Notes: generated by a model not told the origin, from the letters alone. Shown: positions 37,496 to 51,250, counted from the first letter of the stretch. The stretch is 64,000 nt of DNA from Octopus bimaculoides (GCF_001194135.2 NC_068981.1:80146370-80210369); one strand, 5' to 3'. Program-made: numbers and translations.

Positions 37496-38405
37496 TTCTG
37501 AATTCAGTTTAGTGTGTTGCCAGCATTTCATCATCTCTAGAGAAATGGTGTAATTTGGCTTTGACCATGTTTGAACATTAAATGCCAAACAACAATGGAA
37601 TGTTATCTTGCATTCTTTCATTTCAGTTTCTTTGCCACTGTAATAATGGTAATGATGTCTTATGAATTCAGCATTGCTTCTTCCATCTGACTGTCATGAA
37701 GCAAAAAGTAAGATTGAGACTTAGAAGAGGGATGAGACTGAGTATTGTAAAAGGATTCAGTTCAGTCTTCTTCCATGGTTCTTATTTAGACGTGACACTA
37801 GTTTTGGTAGAAAACAGCATATAATCAGTCAAATTGATCCTTTAGTATGTTAACAGTATTTTTTTAATAATTATCCTAGAGAAGTGAAATATAAAGTTGA
37901 CTGCAGCTGGATTTGAACTGAGAAACCTGGACATTCTGAGTTGAAACACTGGTAATGAAGTTGATGATACTGTTATATAAGCCAACAGGACTTAGGACTG
38001 TGTTTTTTTCCTTTTTTTTTTTCTATCTGTATGTGCACTGGTTTGCAACATATCTGAGATCTTCTCTCCTGATACTTACTAAAATATTTGCTGCTATAGT
38101 TCGTCAGGTACTGCTGACCTTATTTGAGTCTCATTGTCTGTTTTTTTTTTGTTTTTTTTTTTTCAGTTTTGTCTTAGAAAGGTCATCAATTCAAAGCAGC
38201 TGAAACAATGATAGATTCCTTTCTTTTCATTTGCTATCTCTGTTTACAAGAACTCATTTGATCCTCATAGACAAAGGATGGCTTCATTTGCACAGTATAT
38301 GTACATTGCCATATAATTTTCTCTATTGTTTCACTTCTCTTATTTGCTTTGTCATTTGTTACTAAGTTGAAACCACAGGTCCGTGCGCACATACATGTGC
38401 ACCTG

Positions 38406-38445
<40 letters not shown>

Positions 38446-38876
38446 TGCAAACTTTTAATTTCTTTGTTCAATTTTTCTTCCTTGTTTTTCGTCAGTTCAA
38501 AGGGCCACAGTGTCACAAGCATTCTGCTGTTACTTAGGCAATGGCTTAACTTTCAATATTCAGTGCACCTACATAGGCAAAAGATACCAAAAACAAAAGA
38601 AAAAGAAACAATATTATGAAAAAAAAAGACAAAATTATTGAAATAATTAAAATTTACTAAATAGTAAATTGCTACATTAATGTAATTACAACATTTGTTT
38701 TTCTAAAGATTCTCATTGAGTTTAAAGTAAATCTTGTTTTTCATGTCTTTGACATGTTATCATTCTTTAGGTAGAAATACATCAATTGGTTCAGTAAAAA
38801 TTCTTTATAGATTTTAAAACTGACAAATACAAATCTTTGTAATTCACACTTTGTATATATTCAAAGACTCCTTCAA

Positions 38877-39310
38877 CCCTTTTGTTACCATATTTCTGTT
38901 GAAATACACTGCCTTTCAATTAATTTTGAAAAATAATGAATTTAACAAAATAGCTTTGTCATCATTAACCTTTTAGCATTTAAATCGGCCATATCTGGCC
39001 AAAATATTCTGTCCCTTTTATGTTCAAACTGGCCTTATCCAACATCTCGTACTTATCCTATAATGTCATTCTAAAAATAATTACATCATCAAGATCTTGA
39101 ATCCATAAAATAAAGCATGATTAATTAAAAACAATGTGAATAAATAAGTATTACATTTAACTGAATAATATGAATGCTAAAGGGTTAGACTAATGTTTGG
39201 AACATAAATTAACATGGAATTTTGATGGAAGGCTTTGGAATCACTTTAAAACAGGAATTTTATATCCTAGAAGTAGGGATGGTCTTAAGTGGGTTGGAAT
39301 TAAAATGAAA
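38877..39310. mobile_element. piggyBac-like MITE (outer), split by a second MITE
   Basis: Starts CCCTTTTGTTACC; right part resembles 50600-50730; right end degenerate. Confidence 0.55.
38969..39184. mobile_element. piggyBac-like MITE (inner)
   Basis: TTAA|CCTTTTAGCATT ... AATGCTAAAGGG|TTAG. Confidence 0.75.
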
Positions 39311-39734
39311 TGTTTTTGCTATCTTCCCATATCAACTCTTCACATCAAGTGTATTCTTGAATTTGCTGTTTGACTTAGCAACCTCTCTAAAACCAATTTT
39401 TGTGATGAAACTGTGCCAGTATATAATTTTATTTGAAGGTCTACTATTGGTAGAATCTTCAGCATTTTCCTATTATCATAGTATTTTACAAAGCGGGGCT
39501 GGTGAGGGCATTTTATGTGCTATTTCACTCTTATCTATACTGTATCTTCATGTTATTTAACCTCGGCGCTGAGGAAAAGAACTCTACCCATAGTGATCCC
39601 ATATTTTTTTGTAGTCTGAGGGGTATTTTGACCTTATAGAGGCTCAGTTGTTGACTGTGTCCTCAGCTAAATAGCTGAATCCTACTTTTTATATTTTACA
39701 CCAATGTGCTGGATATTGGAAGTTGAGCCATACT

Positions 39735-39958
39735 TTTATTCTTTTACTTGTTTCAGTCATTTGACTATGGCCATACTGGAGCACCACCTTGAAGAAATCG
39801 ATCCCAGAACTTGTTCTGTGTAAACCTAGGAGTTATTCTATCAGTCTCTTTTGCTGAACCGTTAAATTACGGGGATATAAATACACCAGCATTGGTTGTC
39901 AAGTGACGGTGGAGGAGGGGAGACAAATACAGACACACATAGATATATACATATATAA

Positions 39959-40030
<72 letters not shown>

Positions 40031-40197
40031 CAAGCTTATTTCAGTTTCTGTCTAACAAATCCTCTCTTTCAAAATCCACTTTGATTGACCTGTGGCTATA
40101 GTAGAAGACACTTGCCCAAGATGTCATGCAGTGGGACTGAAACCGGAACCATGTGGTTGGGAAGCAAGCTTCTTGGCACACAGCCATGCTTGCACCT
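39735..40197 (-). mobile_element. SINE family A with expanded (CA)n
   Basis: Full head-to-tail match; (CA)n at ~39960-40028. Confidence 0.85.
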
Positions 40198-40479
40198 ATA
40201 TGCCTAAGGTACAGCAAAATGCCTGTGATACTGTGGCCCTTTGAGCTGATACTGTGAATAAAAAAAGTTGTAATTGACTGATGAATCTATCTCAATTACA
40301 AGCAAACTAACTACATCTAAGCATTAAATAAAATCATTGAAACTGCAAACTATACACTGGATATATTAATAATGTCTATGAAATGAATTATTTTATATAA
40401 TGTGGCATAACTGTGTACCTCCTCTATAGTAAGACAACTGTACTTATCTCTATCATACTTTTGCCTTTCAACACCTTGC

Positions 40480-40610
40480 GTAAAGCCACCTAGTGCTGGT
40501 GACATCAGAAAAGCACCCAGTACACACTGTAAAGTAGTTGGCTCACCAGATCCTGTCAAACTGTCTAACCCATGCCAGCATGGAAAGCACGTTTGGTGAT
40601 GATGATGATC
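40480..40610 (+). mobile_element. RTE 3' tail fragment, internally deleted
   Basis: AACCCATGCCAGCATGGAAAGC..(GAT)n. Confidence 0.7.
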
Positions 40611-41257
40611 TTTTCGTTATTGTTTAGATGTCCTTCTCTGCTGTATAGGTTTTATAGCTAATATTTCAAGGTCAAATATCTATGAAAAGCATAAATAAGT
40701 AAATAAATAACTAAAGCAGGTGAAAGAGCAGCAGAATTATTCCTATTATTTCTATTAAGTAAATATATTGGGTAGTTAACCTAGCTTTGAATGATGAATG
40801 TATATTGACACATAAACTATATTAATAATATTAGTGATATTAATCTCATATTTGTACTTTTTACAGTTACATTTTTAATATGGTTATTATTCTTTTTATT
40901 ATGCTTTACATTTTTCCTGTGTGACACAATCATTTTTAAGTGATTTTTTTTGTTTCTTTTTAAGTCTGTCAGGTTTTTCTTTAATTTCATATAAATATTC
41001 TAGTATATATAGATTTCTTTCATAGATATTTCCCATTGTTTATTTGTGTGTGTGGGTGTGTGTGTGGAGGGGAGTAATCATGCATGTGTGTGTATGTGTG
41101 TGCATGTTGGATGATCTTACGTGTTCAACTTGTACAGTACATACTAACTTTAAATGTGGTGTCTATATTTTATGACAATAGTTCCTTAATACTTTCTGGT
41201 CACTGTGAAATGGGCCAAACATTCATTTCAGTTAGATCAGTAACAAAATTCTGTAAA

Positions 41258-41872
41258 TAAGTGTGGCTGTATGGTAAGAAGTTTGCTTCTCAACCATATT
41301 GTTTCAGGTTCAGTCTTACAGCAAGTGTCTTCTATAGGCCTGGGTTGACCAAAGTCTTGTGAATGGATTTGGTAGAGATAGAAACTGAAAGAAACCCATT
41401 GTAAATACAAGGGGGTGCTGAAAAGTTCTTTGCTTTGGGGACAAGAAAATGCAGGAGGATCAGTTAATGATTTTATTCAACACATTCCCCTTCTCAGATT
41501 CATGCACTTATTGCAGTGGTCCTTCAATTTTTCTAAGCCCTGTAAAAGAACTCGTAAGGTTGGGCCTCCAACCAGTCCTTTCACGGTACCCCAGGTACTT
41601 TTCAGCACCCCACCCCCATATATATATATATATATATATATATACATGCACACACACATGTGTGTTTGTATTTGTGCTTGTCCCCAATCACTGCTTGACA
41701 ACTGGTGTTGCTTTGTTAATGTCCCCATAACTTAGTGGTTCAGCGAAAAAAACAAGGGACTGATGCAATAAGTACCAGGCTTTAAAAGAATTAGTACTTC
41801 GGTTGATTCATTCCGCTAAAACATTTCAAGGCAGTGCCCCAGCATGTCAAATGACTGAAATAAGTAAAAGAT
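41258..41872 (+). mobile_element. SINE family A interrupted by a mariner MITE
   Basis: Head at 41258-41405; tail resumes after 41620. Confidence 0.8.
41408..41618. mobile_element. Mariner-type MITE
   Basis: TA|CAAGGGGGTGCTGAAAAGTTC ... GTACTTTTCAGCACCCC followed by (TA)n. Confidence 0.75.
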
Positions 41873-42286
41873 AAATGTATTTCTTCTTTTAAGTATACAT
41901 CCTTACCAGGTTTCAACTTTCTTTTCAAATTTTCTATTATTAATTACATCATCTTTTTTCACAATGTTTCTTTATAATTGGAATTCATTTGTTGCAAATA
42001 ATAAAACTTGCTTTAAGCAAAATTAATTCTGAACAAAATGAAATGGTAGTATCATTACTAGTACAATTGTATCTTATTTAAGATCCTGAAATTAATTAGT
42101 GGTGATAAATGGCAAAATTACAAAATGTATATAATTGTATTTTGTCTTTATTCTGCGTTTAAATCCCACAAGAATTGACTTTGCCTTTTATCCTTCCAAG
42201 GTCAATAAAATAAGTTGTAGTGAAGTACAGTTGGGTGGAAGGGTTGGTCAACTTAACTGCATGTTCCCTTCCCTCTCCAAAATTTG

Positions 42287-42320
<34 letters not shown>

Positions 42321-42324
42321 TTTA

Positions 42325-42670
42325 TATAAGGTGGCAAGCTGGCAGAATTGTTAGCATGCTGGGTAAAATGCTTAGCAGTATTTCGCCCATCACTACATTC
42401 TGAGTCCAAATTGCACTGAGGTCAACTTTAGCTTTCATCCTTTTGGGGTTGAGTACTGGGGTCGATGTAATCGACTATCCCCTTTCCCCAAATTTCAGGC
42501 CTTGTACCTATAATAGAAAGGATTATTATTATAGTTATACCAATAGGGCCGACTTTGCCTTTCATCCTTTCAGAGTCAATAAAATAAATACCAGTTGAAC
42601 ACTGGGGTTGATGTAATCGGCAATTCTCCTCCCCCTAATTTCAGGCTTTGTACCTATAGTAGAAAGAATC
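42325..42670 (+). mobile_element. SINE family E plus a tandem second 3' half
   Basis: Family E consensus; flanked by (TTA)n. Confidence 0.8.
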
Positions 42671-43473
42671 TTATAATAATTCTGCTTGTTTCTCCATTAC
42701 TTAGCCCACCTGTAACACTTCACATGATTAGTTGAAGGGAAAGGTGAAGAACGAAAGAAAAAGGAGAGAAAAAAGAGAGTAAGGCAAAGAGTGAGGGAGA
42801 GTGCTGTGTATTAAGTCTATAAAATTGTGCATTAAGTATATAAAGTGTATTAAGTAATAATTGTATTCCAATTTCCTTCACTTTTTTATGATTAGTAGAT
42901 GAGCAACTATCTTTTGATACAGACACAATACAGGTTACACTTTCAGGTTTTTTGGATAAGTTTTCAAAAATAACCCAAGTTTACCATTAATTCTATGAAA
43001 TATTCATGGGTCCTGCTAATTATTATTATTATTATTATTATTATAGTAAGGCTATGAATGTTAAAATTTGTAGAGCACTGACTACAATACCTTTACATTA
43101 TATTTGTGTTTTTAATATCCTGTGTTTGCATGCATACATACGTACATAACACACACAAACAATTTTGTTTTACACAAAGAGGTGGTGCACGGTACCTGAA
43201 CTTTTGACCTGAGTTAAATATTACAAACTACTGTAAATCGTTGTTAGAGTATCCGCATAAGCAGAGTCTAGACTGGCTACTTTGTTTTGGCATCGAGTCA
43301 TATATAAGTTGTAATAATGAAGTCAAGCCATATAGTGATATTTTGAAATCATTTAATATGTACGTTACTGGTTTGCGTGATATACAATAGGAAATGCATC
43401 CATTACATAAACCTTCCTCAGTTAAAACATTTTACGCACGCATGCACACACACACACACACACACACACACCT

Positions 43474-43684
43474 TTTGTCTTTTACTGGTTTCAATCATTA
43501 GACTGTGGCCATGGTGGGGTACCACCTTGAAGAATTTTTTAGTTGAGTGAATTAACCCCAGTACTATTTTTTTAAAGCCTGGTACTTATTCAGTCAGTCT
43601 CTTTTGCCGAACTGCTAAGTTACGGGGATGTAGTCACAGCAACACCAGATGTCAAGCCGCAGTAGGGAACAAACACAAAGACAT

Positions 43685-43734
<50 letters not shown>

Positions 43735-43882
43735 GATGGGCTTCATTTACCAGCTCCATTCATAAGGCAACTGGTCAGCCCAAGGCTATAGTAGAAGACA
43801 CTTGCCCAAGGTGCCATGCATTAGGACTGAACCCAGAACCATATGGTTGGGGAGCAAACTTCTTACCACACAGCTATGCCTG
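43474..43882 (-). mobile_element. SINE family A, full length
   Basis: Head, core, (CA)n and tail. Confidence 0.85.
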
Positions 43883-44069
43883 CATCTCTCTCTCTCTTCT
43901 GTTTTGACTTGTTATTAACCCTGTATTTTAGAATAAATGAGAAATAGGATATTGTATGTTCATGGCTTTCTTGAAAGCATTAGTAACATAAGTTTCCTTA
44001 CATCTTCAAATAGTTGAGATGAGTATGATTTTGACTTGTGAGTTACTTACTTAAAGTCATTACCTAGTA

Positions 44070-44372
44070 CCGTGCTTCTCAATGTGGGTTCCATGAAAAA
44101 TACTAGAGTTTTACAAGATAAGGGATTTGGATTAAACTTAAGAAAATTTTATTCTATAATTAAAGTAAATGTTAGTTGAAATAATTTTTTTATTTTTTTA
44201 TTTTAAATTAATAAATTCTCTATCTAAAGCTATTTGTTTTATTTAATGTTTTATTAGAATAGAGTGGCAGGTGAGAGTGGGATAGTCGCCTATGAAGTTT
44301 AGATATGGGTCATGTGATTTTTTGGAAAATCATGTAATGGGTTTCACAAGAAAATAAATTTGGAAACCACTG
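44070..44372. mobile_element. Old hAT-type MITE
   Basis: CCGTGCTTCTCAA / TTTGGAAACCACTG ends; degenerate 8-bp TSD ACCTAGTA / ACTTAGTG. Confidence 0.6.
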
Positions 44373-44511
44373 ACTTAGTGCACAGCAGACTACCTGTGAC
44401 AATCTGTTGGTCCTCTTAGCTGAAAGATACGCTATCTACTTAGTGTACAAAACCACAGCTGGTTATCATGAAACTAGTGTATAATCCTAATAAAATAGGT
44501 TTTTGTTTACT

Positions 44512-44826
44512 CTTTTGCTCTTTTCAGTCATTTGATTGTGGCCATGCTGGAGCAAATCAACACCAGAACTTATTTTTTGAGCCTAGTACTTATTCTATCC
44601 ATCTCTTTTACTGCTAAGTTACAGGGATATAAACACACAAACATTGGTTGTCAAGTAGTGATGGGGAGACAAACACAGACACAAACACACATGCATACAT
44701 GCACTCACACACACACACACACACATATGCACAACAGGCTTCTTTCAGTTTCCATCTACCAAATCCACTCACAAGGCTGAACCTGGAATTATATGGTTGG
44801 GAAGCAAGCTTCTTACCACACAACCA
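44512..44826 (-). mobile_element. SINE family A with internal deletions
   Basis: Lacks the CTTGGGCAAG core (ACAAGG|CTGAACC junction). Confidence 0.8.
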
Positions 44827-45299
44827 CTTTTTATTTTTTCTCTGCAATTAGTGTAATCTAAATTAATTGAAAATTGGAAGCTAACTCCATTCAATAGATT
44901 TTTATTTTAATGGTTCCTGTTTTTTTTAATTATTGAACTGGCTCTAGTTCAAAATACTTTTGATGAAAGTAGTCTATATCAGTAATGCATGAAATTTCAA
45001 GCATTTAATATGGCTACTAGATGGATTAAAATGTTTTCTTTTTTGTCAACACAAGTTTGATAAAAACAATAATTAATTTTGACACAAGGTTTAAAATTTG
45101 AAGGAAGTGTAGGCAATTAAATCAACTCCAGTTCTTATTTATTGGTTCCAGAAGGTTAAAAGTTGACTTTGGCAGTATCTGAACACAGCTGTAAAAGGAC
45201 ATAGACAATGCAAAAATTCTTTGGTCAGACTTCTAATTTTATGATTCACAGCACTTCTATAATAATAATGAGAATAATTAGCCTTTCTACATTAGGTGC

Positions 45300-45480
45300 A
45301 AGACCTGGAGTAGGATCTATTTGATTACATTGACACAACTGGTACTTATTTTATCAACCCCCGAAAGATGAAAGGCAGAGTCCACCCTAGTAGAATTTGG
45401 ACTCAGAACATAAAAACAGACAAAAATACCTATAAGCATTTTATCTGGCATGCTAATAATTCTGCCAGCTTGACACCTTA
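45300..45480 (-). mobile_element. SINE family E
   Basis: Reverse of GAGTTCAAATT..GATAAAATAAGTACCAG. Confidence 0.75.
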
Positions 45481-45494
45481 ATAATAACGATAGT

Positions 45495-45775
45495 AGGGCT
45501 ACAGCAAATATTCTGCTCAATACTACAGGTTTGCTTGTCAGTTGTTTGACCTTAACCAGTTGAGCATGTCCCTTAATGGATGATGATATGTGCATCTCTG
45601 ATCACGAGCAGAAGTAGTTGGGGAGCATCATAGCTGTGTGTTGGGAGGAATTATTTGGGATTTGAATAATTCACCTCTGGAAACATGGGTGTTTTGTTCA
45701 ACATCTTTAAACAATCCTTATTCAAGGACCTTTTGAGTGGGATGGGCTACTCAACCTGAAGAAAATTCTAACTGC
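45495..45775. repeat. Probable interspersed repeat (family I, SINE-like); another SINE-like tail follows at ~45780-45945
   Basis: GC-richer block recalled as a common Octopus repeat; single copy here, so not verifiable within the window. Confidence 0.45.
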
Positions 45776-46033
45776 AAGGTCATGCACTGGTTTACCTTGA
45801 TATGAGATCACCATGTCACACACATGTGGCTGTGATGCATGTGTTTAGTGTACCCTTATCAGTTGGGTCGTCATGATGGGTATACTCGCCTTCGTATATT
45901 TTATCCCAGTGTCACTTTAATGGCATGCACTGCTCTCTCACTCAATAATAAATACACAAAAATCCAGAAAATAGTATTATACAATACAGCTCACACTCTA
46001 CATAAGTTCTTGTCCTTGTAATCTATATTTTGA

Positions 46034-46157
<124 letters not shown>

Positions 46158-46427
46158 TTTAGACCAAGGATGAAAATCCAACAACTGTATTATGTTACAC
46201 TGCTTGTCTTTGGCTACTGGTATTTTTAATGTCAATACAAGGCAACACATTTTGAGATGGGTTATAGTCAGTAATATTGGTTGCCGCACTTGATCATAAC
46301 TGTTTTTTTATTGATCCCAAGACAAAGTCGATACCAGTGGGATTTGAACTTGGAACATAATGGGAACAACTATGCGCTCTAAGACAATTTGTCCAGTGTT
46401 TTTTTTGTAATCATTCATCATCATCAT

Positions 46428-46963
46428 TATCATCATCGTTTAACATCCGCTTTCCATGCTAGCATGGGTTGGACGATTTGACTGAGGACTGGTGAAACCA
46501 GATGGCTACACCAGGCTCCAATCTGATTTGGCAGAGTTTCTACAGCTGGATGCCCTTCCTAATACCAACCACTCAGAGAGTGTAGTGGATGCTTTTACGT
46601 GTCACCCACACGAAGGCCAGTCAGGCGGTACTGGCAACAGCCACGCTCAAAATGGTGCATTTTATGTGCCACCCGCACAAGAGCCAGTCCAGGGGCACTG
46701 GCAACGATCTCGCTCGAAAATCCCACGAAGGCCAGCCAGGCGGCACTGGCAACGATCTCGCTCAAAAAATTTCATGTGTCACCCGCACAAGAGCCAGCCC
46801 AGTGGCACTGGCAACGATCTCACTCAAAAAATTTCATGTGTCACCCGCACAAGAGCCAGTCCAGGGGCACTGGCAACGATCTCGATCGAAAATCCCACGA
46901 AGGCCAGCCAGGCGGCACTGGCAACGGCCACGCCCAAAATGGTACATTTCATGTGTCACCCGC
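46428..46963 (-). mobile_element. RTE 3' end with an expanded internal tandem array
   Basis: Family F tail at 46428-46595, then six ~50-66-bp units plus a truncated seventh, sharing GG(C/T)ACTGGCAAC. Confidence 0.9.
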
Positions 46964-46994
46964 AACAATAATAAATCTTTTTTAATTAATATTT

Positions 46995-47454
46995 TAAATA
47001 CCAGTGAGCTGACAGAATCGTTAGCACACCAGGCAAAATGCTTAGCAGTATTGCATTCTGAGTTCAAATTCTACCAAGGTTGACTTTGTCTTTCATCCTT
47101 TCAGGGTTGATAAAATAAGTACCAATTGAGTACAGGGATTGATGTAAATAACTTACCCCTCCTCCAAACTTGCTGGCTTTGTGCCAAAATTTGAAACCAA
47201 TATATTAAATAACAGTAAGGCAGCAAGCTAGTAGAATCATTAGCATGTCGGGCAAAATGTGTAGCAGCACTCATCTGTCTTTACATCCTGAGTTCAAATT
47301 CTGCCAAAGTTAACTATGCCTTTCATCCTCTCAGAGTTGATAAACTAAGTGCCAGTCGAGCATTGGGGTCAATGTAATCAACTAGCCTCCTCGTCTGAAC
47401 ACTCTGAACATACTAACCTTGTACCAAAATTTGAAACCGATATATTAAATAACA
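46995..47454 (+). mobile_element. Head-to-tail SINE family E dimer
   Basis: Two E copies; ATATATTAAATAACA repeated at 47200-47214 and 47440-47454. Confidence 0.85.
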
Positions 47455-47929
47455 TTTTCTTAAATAACAATTACATTAATGCTAATAATGACACTATCTT
47501 TTCATTTTGCTCAAAACAGGCAATATTATTTGCAACAAATGAATTCTAAAAAAAAATTATTAATTGAAAATTAAAATTTATTGAGGAAGGAAGAATTGAA
47601 ACTGTAATTCAACATAAAGGATCATCTTCAAATGTGTTTGAGAAAGAAGGAAAATGAAGAGAGAAATTTGAGAAATTGACATAAAATAAATTTGAACTAG
47701 ACAGTAAATGTTGCACCTAAACTAGAGACGTTTCTGTGGGAGGTTTAGATAGAAGGTCTAGTGTATGGTGTGTGAAATAATCTATAAACATGTTAAAATA
47801 CTTCTGGAAAAATAAACATAATTTGAAATTCAAGCATCTCCATGACTATTTATAGCTGATTATATTTTTAGGCTGTAAGGTATTAAAACTCTTTATAATT
47901 AAAAAATTTCTCCCCTCACTCTTCTTTAG

Positions 47930-48085
<156 letters not shown>

Positions 48086-50321
48086 TTATATTTTTAAAAC
48101 TGATAAATGATCTAATGACAAATGTGATGACGTACATTGGATTTTGAAACAATAAAGTTGACTCAGTTACATCCATATTAATTTTTGAGTAGTTATTCAG
48201 AGTAGCAAGAAAATGAAAAAGCAAAAAAAAAAAAAAAAAAAAAAAACCATCTTATTAATTTCTTTCATTTTTCTTACTTTTCCTTTTTCCTTTTCTTTGT
48301 TATTCTCTCTTTTTCCTTTGTTTTCTCTGTCACCTTTTTTCTGTTTCTCCTTTTCATTTTTAACAATCTATCTTTCTTTTCCTCCTCTCTCTCTCTCTCT
48401 TTTCTGTCCTCTTCCCCTCCTTTCTCTCTTCTCCCCCTCTCTCTGATGACATTCTGTTCAATGATCAGAGCCACTACAGTTCTAATTATTTATTTGCTAG
48501 ATAGAATGCTTGTGCTTTGCCTGAGCTCCTATTATATACAATATATAACTACAAAAATTTCTATTAAATGTTGCCAAATTTGTTTTTGTAATATCTATAT
48601 GTTCCATTATTGGAAGCATTTACTGGCTTGGAAAGGGTTAAAAAAGTTACAATAGCCAAAGAGTTAGTACTGAACTCTCAATCTAAATATTGTAAGTTAA
48701 GAGGATTGTTGCTATTTACTTTAGCAAGCTAAAAACATTAATTGCAATCATTACTGGTGCCAGGTATTTTTGATTTTAAATATTGTGAGTTACAATTTCC
48801 AACTTGGTATAAATGATTTGCAAAAGTATCTCATCTGTACTAACATGGGCTTGGAAAGCATTTTTTAATGTTCAGTAAGATTATTATAGTTTTAAAACAG
48901 AGAACAGATTATTGTTATTGAGTAAGGCTGATGAGGTTTACTTGGTAGATCTTATAGCATAGAAGTGGATGGTAGAATACTCAGGAGACACTCACTGGTT
49001 ATTCATTAAGCTCCATACTGATTGAGGATGATTATACACATTGGTTGAATGTGTGTGATGCATGTTTTAACAGTTCATTTTCCTGTGTGATTGAAGGTTC
49101 TATTGATGAATATGGGTAAGAAGGACTTAGACCCTGTATAACAGTTGGAATATTTGGTACATCATCATCAACCATAAAATTGAAACTCAGGTGTCATGCA
49201 CTGTACTAATCAAAAGGTGGTACTGTAGTTACTTACTGTCCTTAGATAGCTTTGATCAACTTATGTGCAATACTACTGCAATTTGCATAACAATGACATC
49301 ACTGTTGTGTTGTTCTTTTAAAGCTGAACATGATTCTTTTTATTGTTACTTGTCATAAGCAACCCTCATAGTTGCTATTAGTTAATACTGTCAGCAACAC
49401 AAGTAGTTCTTTCATTTATCAATGATACTACTTCAGCAAAACAATTGTTGTTACATCTATATTTGTCGTCAATGATATATTTTGTGTTTTTCTAGATCAG
49501 AAGTTCAAGATAATAGTTCTAGGATTATGTTTTATTAGTGTAGTTGAACAGTTCATTAAACATTTTGCAGTAATCAGTTTAGTAAAGTATTAAATTCTAA
49601 AACTGATTCTGATTTCTAGTTGTAATTCATGTTATACTTCCTTTAATAATTGTATCTCAGTCACTAGAAATACTAAATCATCTTCTGAAACTAAATGGCA
49701 AGAAAATGACCTTAAATGAACTAATTTAGTATTTTACAAAATGTTTCAAAATTTTCACTCATATACGACTTGAGGCAACAACCACCTTTGTAGCTGACAG
49801 CGGCCTTCTTTGGTGCAGATTTTGAAAAATAATAAGATCAAAGCAAGCATAAAATAATAATAGAAAGAAAAGGATGTCATATTCAAAGGAGATATAATTA
49901 AAATTTTAGTACTGCTAAGGTCATTTCTAAATGTTATTCTCATCTTTCATGTTAACTGATTATCTTTGGAATGCCTCTGGTGCACTGTTAGTATGCATAT
50001 TATCTATACAGAATTTTTCAGTCATATTCATTGTGGGTTGCTTCACTGTTCACTCATAAAAATTTTGTTGAAAATTTTAACCCTTCACTTTTAAAATAAA
50101 TTTACAACATGGCTCAAAAGTTTTCTCACACAATGTTCAATTTTCTTCTGTTTACTGAATAAATACAAATAGCAGTGTTAGTTGTAGAAAGAGTAATATT
50201 AATTAAGGCATCTCTGTGATTGCAATGATTCATAGAAGGCAGTATGCAGGGTGACCCATGTGTATATATGCATGTGTATGCATGTACATCTACATGTATG
50301 TGTGTGTGTATATGTATATAT

Positions 50322-50472
50322 TGCGCCACTTTTATGCCACAACAAAGGAGATCTTCGACCCCATAAGGTCATCAGTGGGTAGCCTGACGAAAGCAGCTGG
50401 CTTTACAATAACTGACACCCAAGGAATCCTCGATCGCTGGAAGTCTCATTTTGAGAGCCTACTTAATGACTA
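50322..50472 (+). mobile_element. RTE (BovB-like) linker fragment
   Basis: RHFYATTKEIFDP..ITDTQGILDRWKSHFESLLN. Confidence 0.8.
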
Positions 50473-50477
50473 CTCAT

Positions 50478-50595
50478 GGTGGAAGGCAGCAAGCTGGCAA
50501 AATCGGTTAGCACAATGCTTAACATTCTGAGTTAAAATTCAGCCAAAGTCAGCTTTGCCTTTCAACATTTCAGGGTTGATGAAATAAGTACCTGT
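50478..50595 (+). mobile_element. SINE family E fragment
   Basis: AAGGCAGCAAGCTGGCAAAATCGGTTAGCAC..GATGAAATAAGTACC. Confidence 0.7.
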
Positions 50596-51212
50596 AGTAG
50601 AACTGATTACTAATTTGGTGTTTGGTACATAGTTTTAAATGAAACTTTAAATTTAAATCTTTTTAAAACAAAAATTTTGTATCATAGAACCAATGGTGGT
50701 CTCAAATAGGTTTGTATGAAAAGTGTTCAATGAGAAATATTTCTGCATTTGGATAAGTCACCATTCTATTCCGTGTAACACTATGGAGTCCTGTTATCTG
50801 CTTCTTCCTACTAGCTGAATGGAGTCACTCTGTTTACACTGATATGTTATCTAACTAGGAATGAAGTTAGCAAAATTGTGTTAGCTATATTTTTACTCTT
50901 TAGACTCACTTTTACTTACATATGTTGACCTTTATACTGGAGGGTTTTAATTAAAAGTTTGGATATCTTCTTTAAATATAGTGTTGTATGTAATACATTT
51001 TTTTTTTTTTTGCTAATAAAGCCGCTTTAACTTTAAACACCAAACCTTGAATGAAAGTTGATGTCTGTTTTTCAACCACTTATTGAGACAAAAGTTGCTG
51101 TAAATGTTCAGAGAACACTTACTGTTTAGTGTATTCCATATTCAGTTTGAGTGGAACACGCACACACTCCACAGGCACGCGCGCACGCACACACACACAC
51201 ACACTTCACAGG

Positions 51213-51250
<38 letters not shown>

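Noticed and set aside
46596-46963. CRISPR-like array or repeat protein (three overlapping ORFs)
   Set aside because: The units are contiguous homologous repeats without unique spacers, lie in an RTE 3' UTR, and there are no cas genes. The ORFs reflect a stop-free repeat unit.
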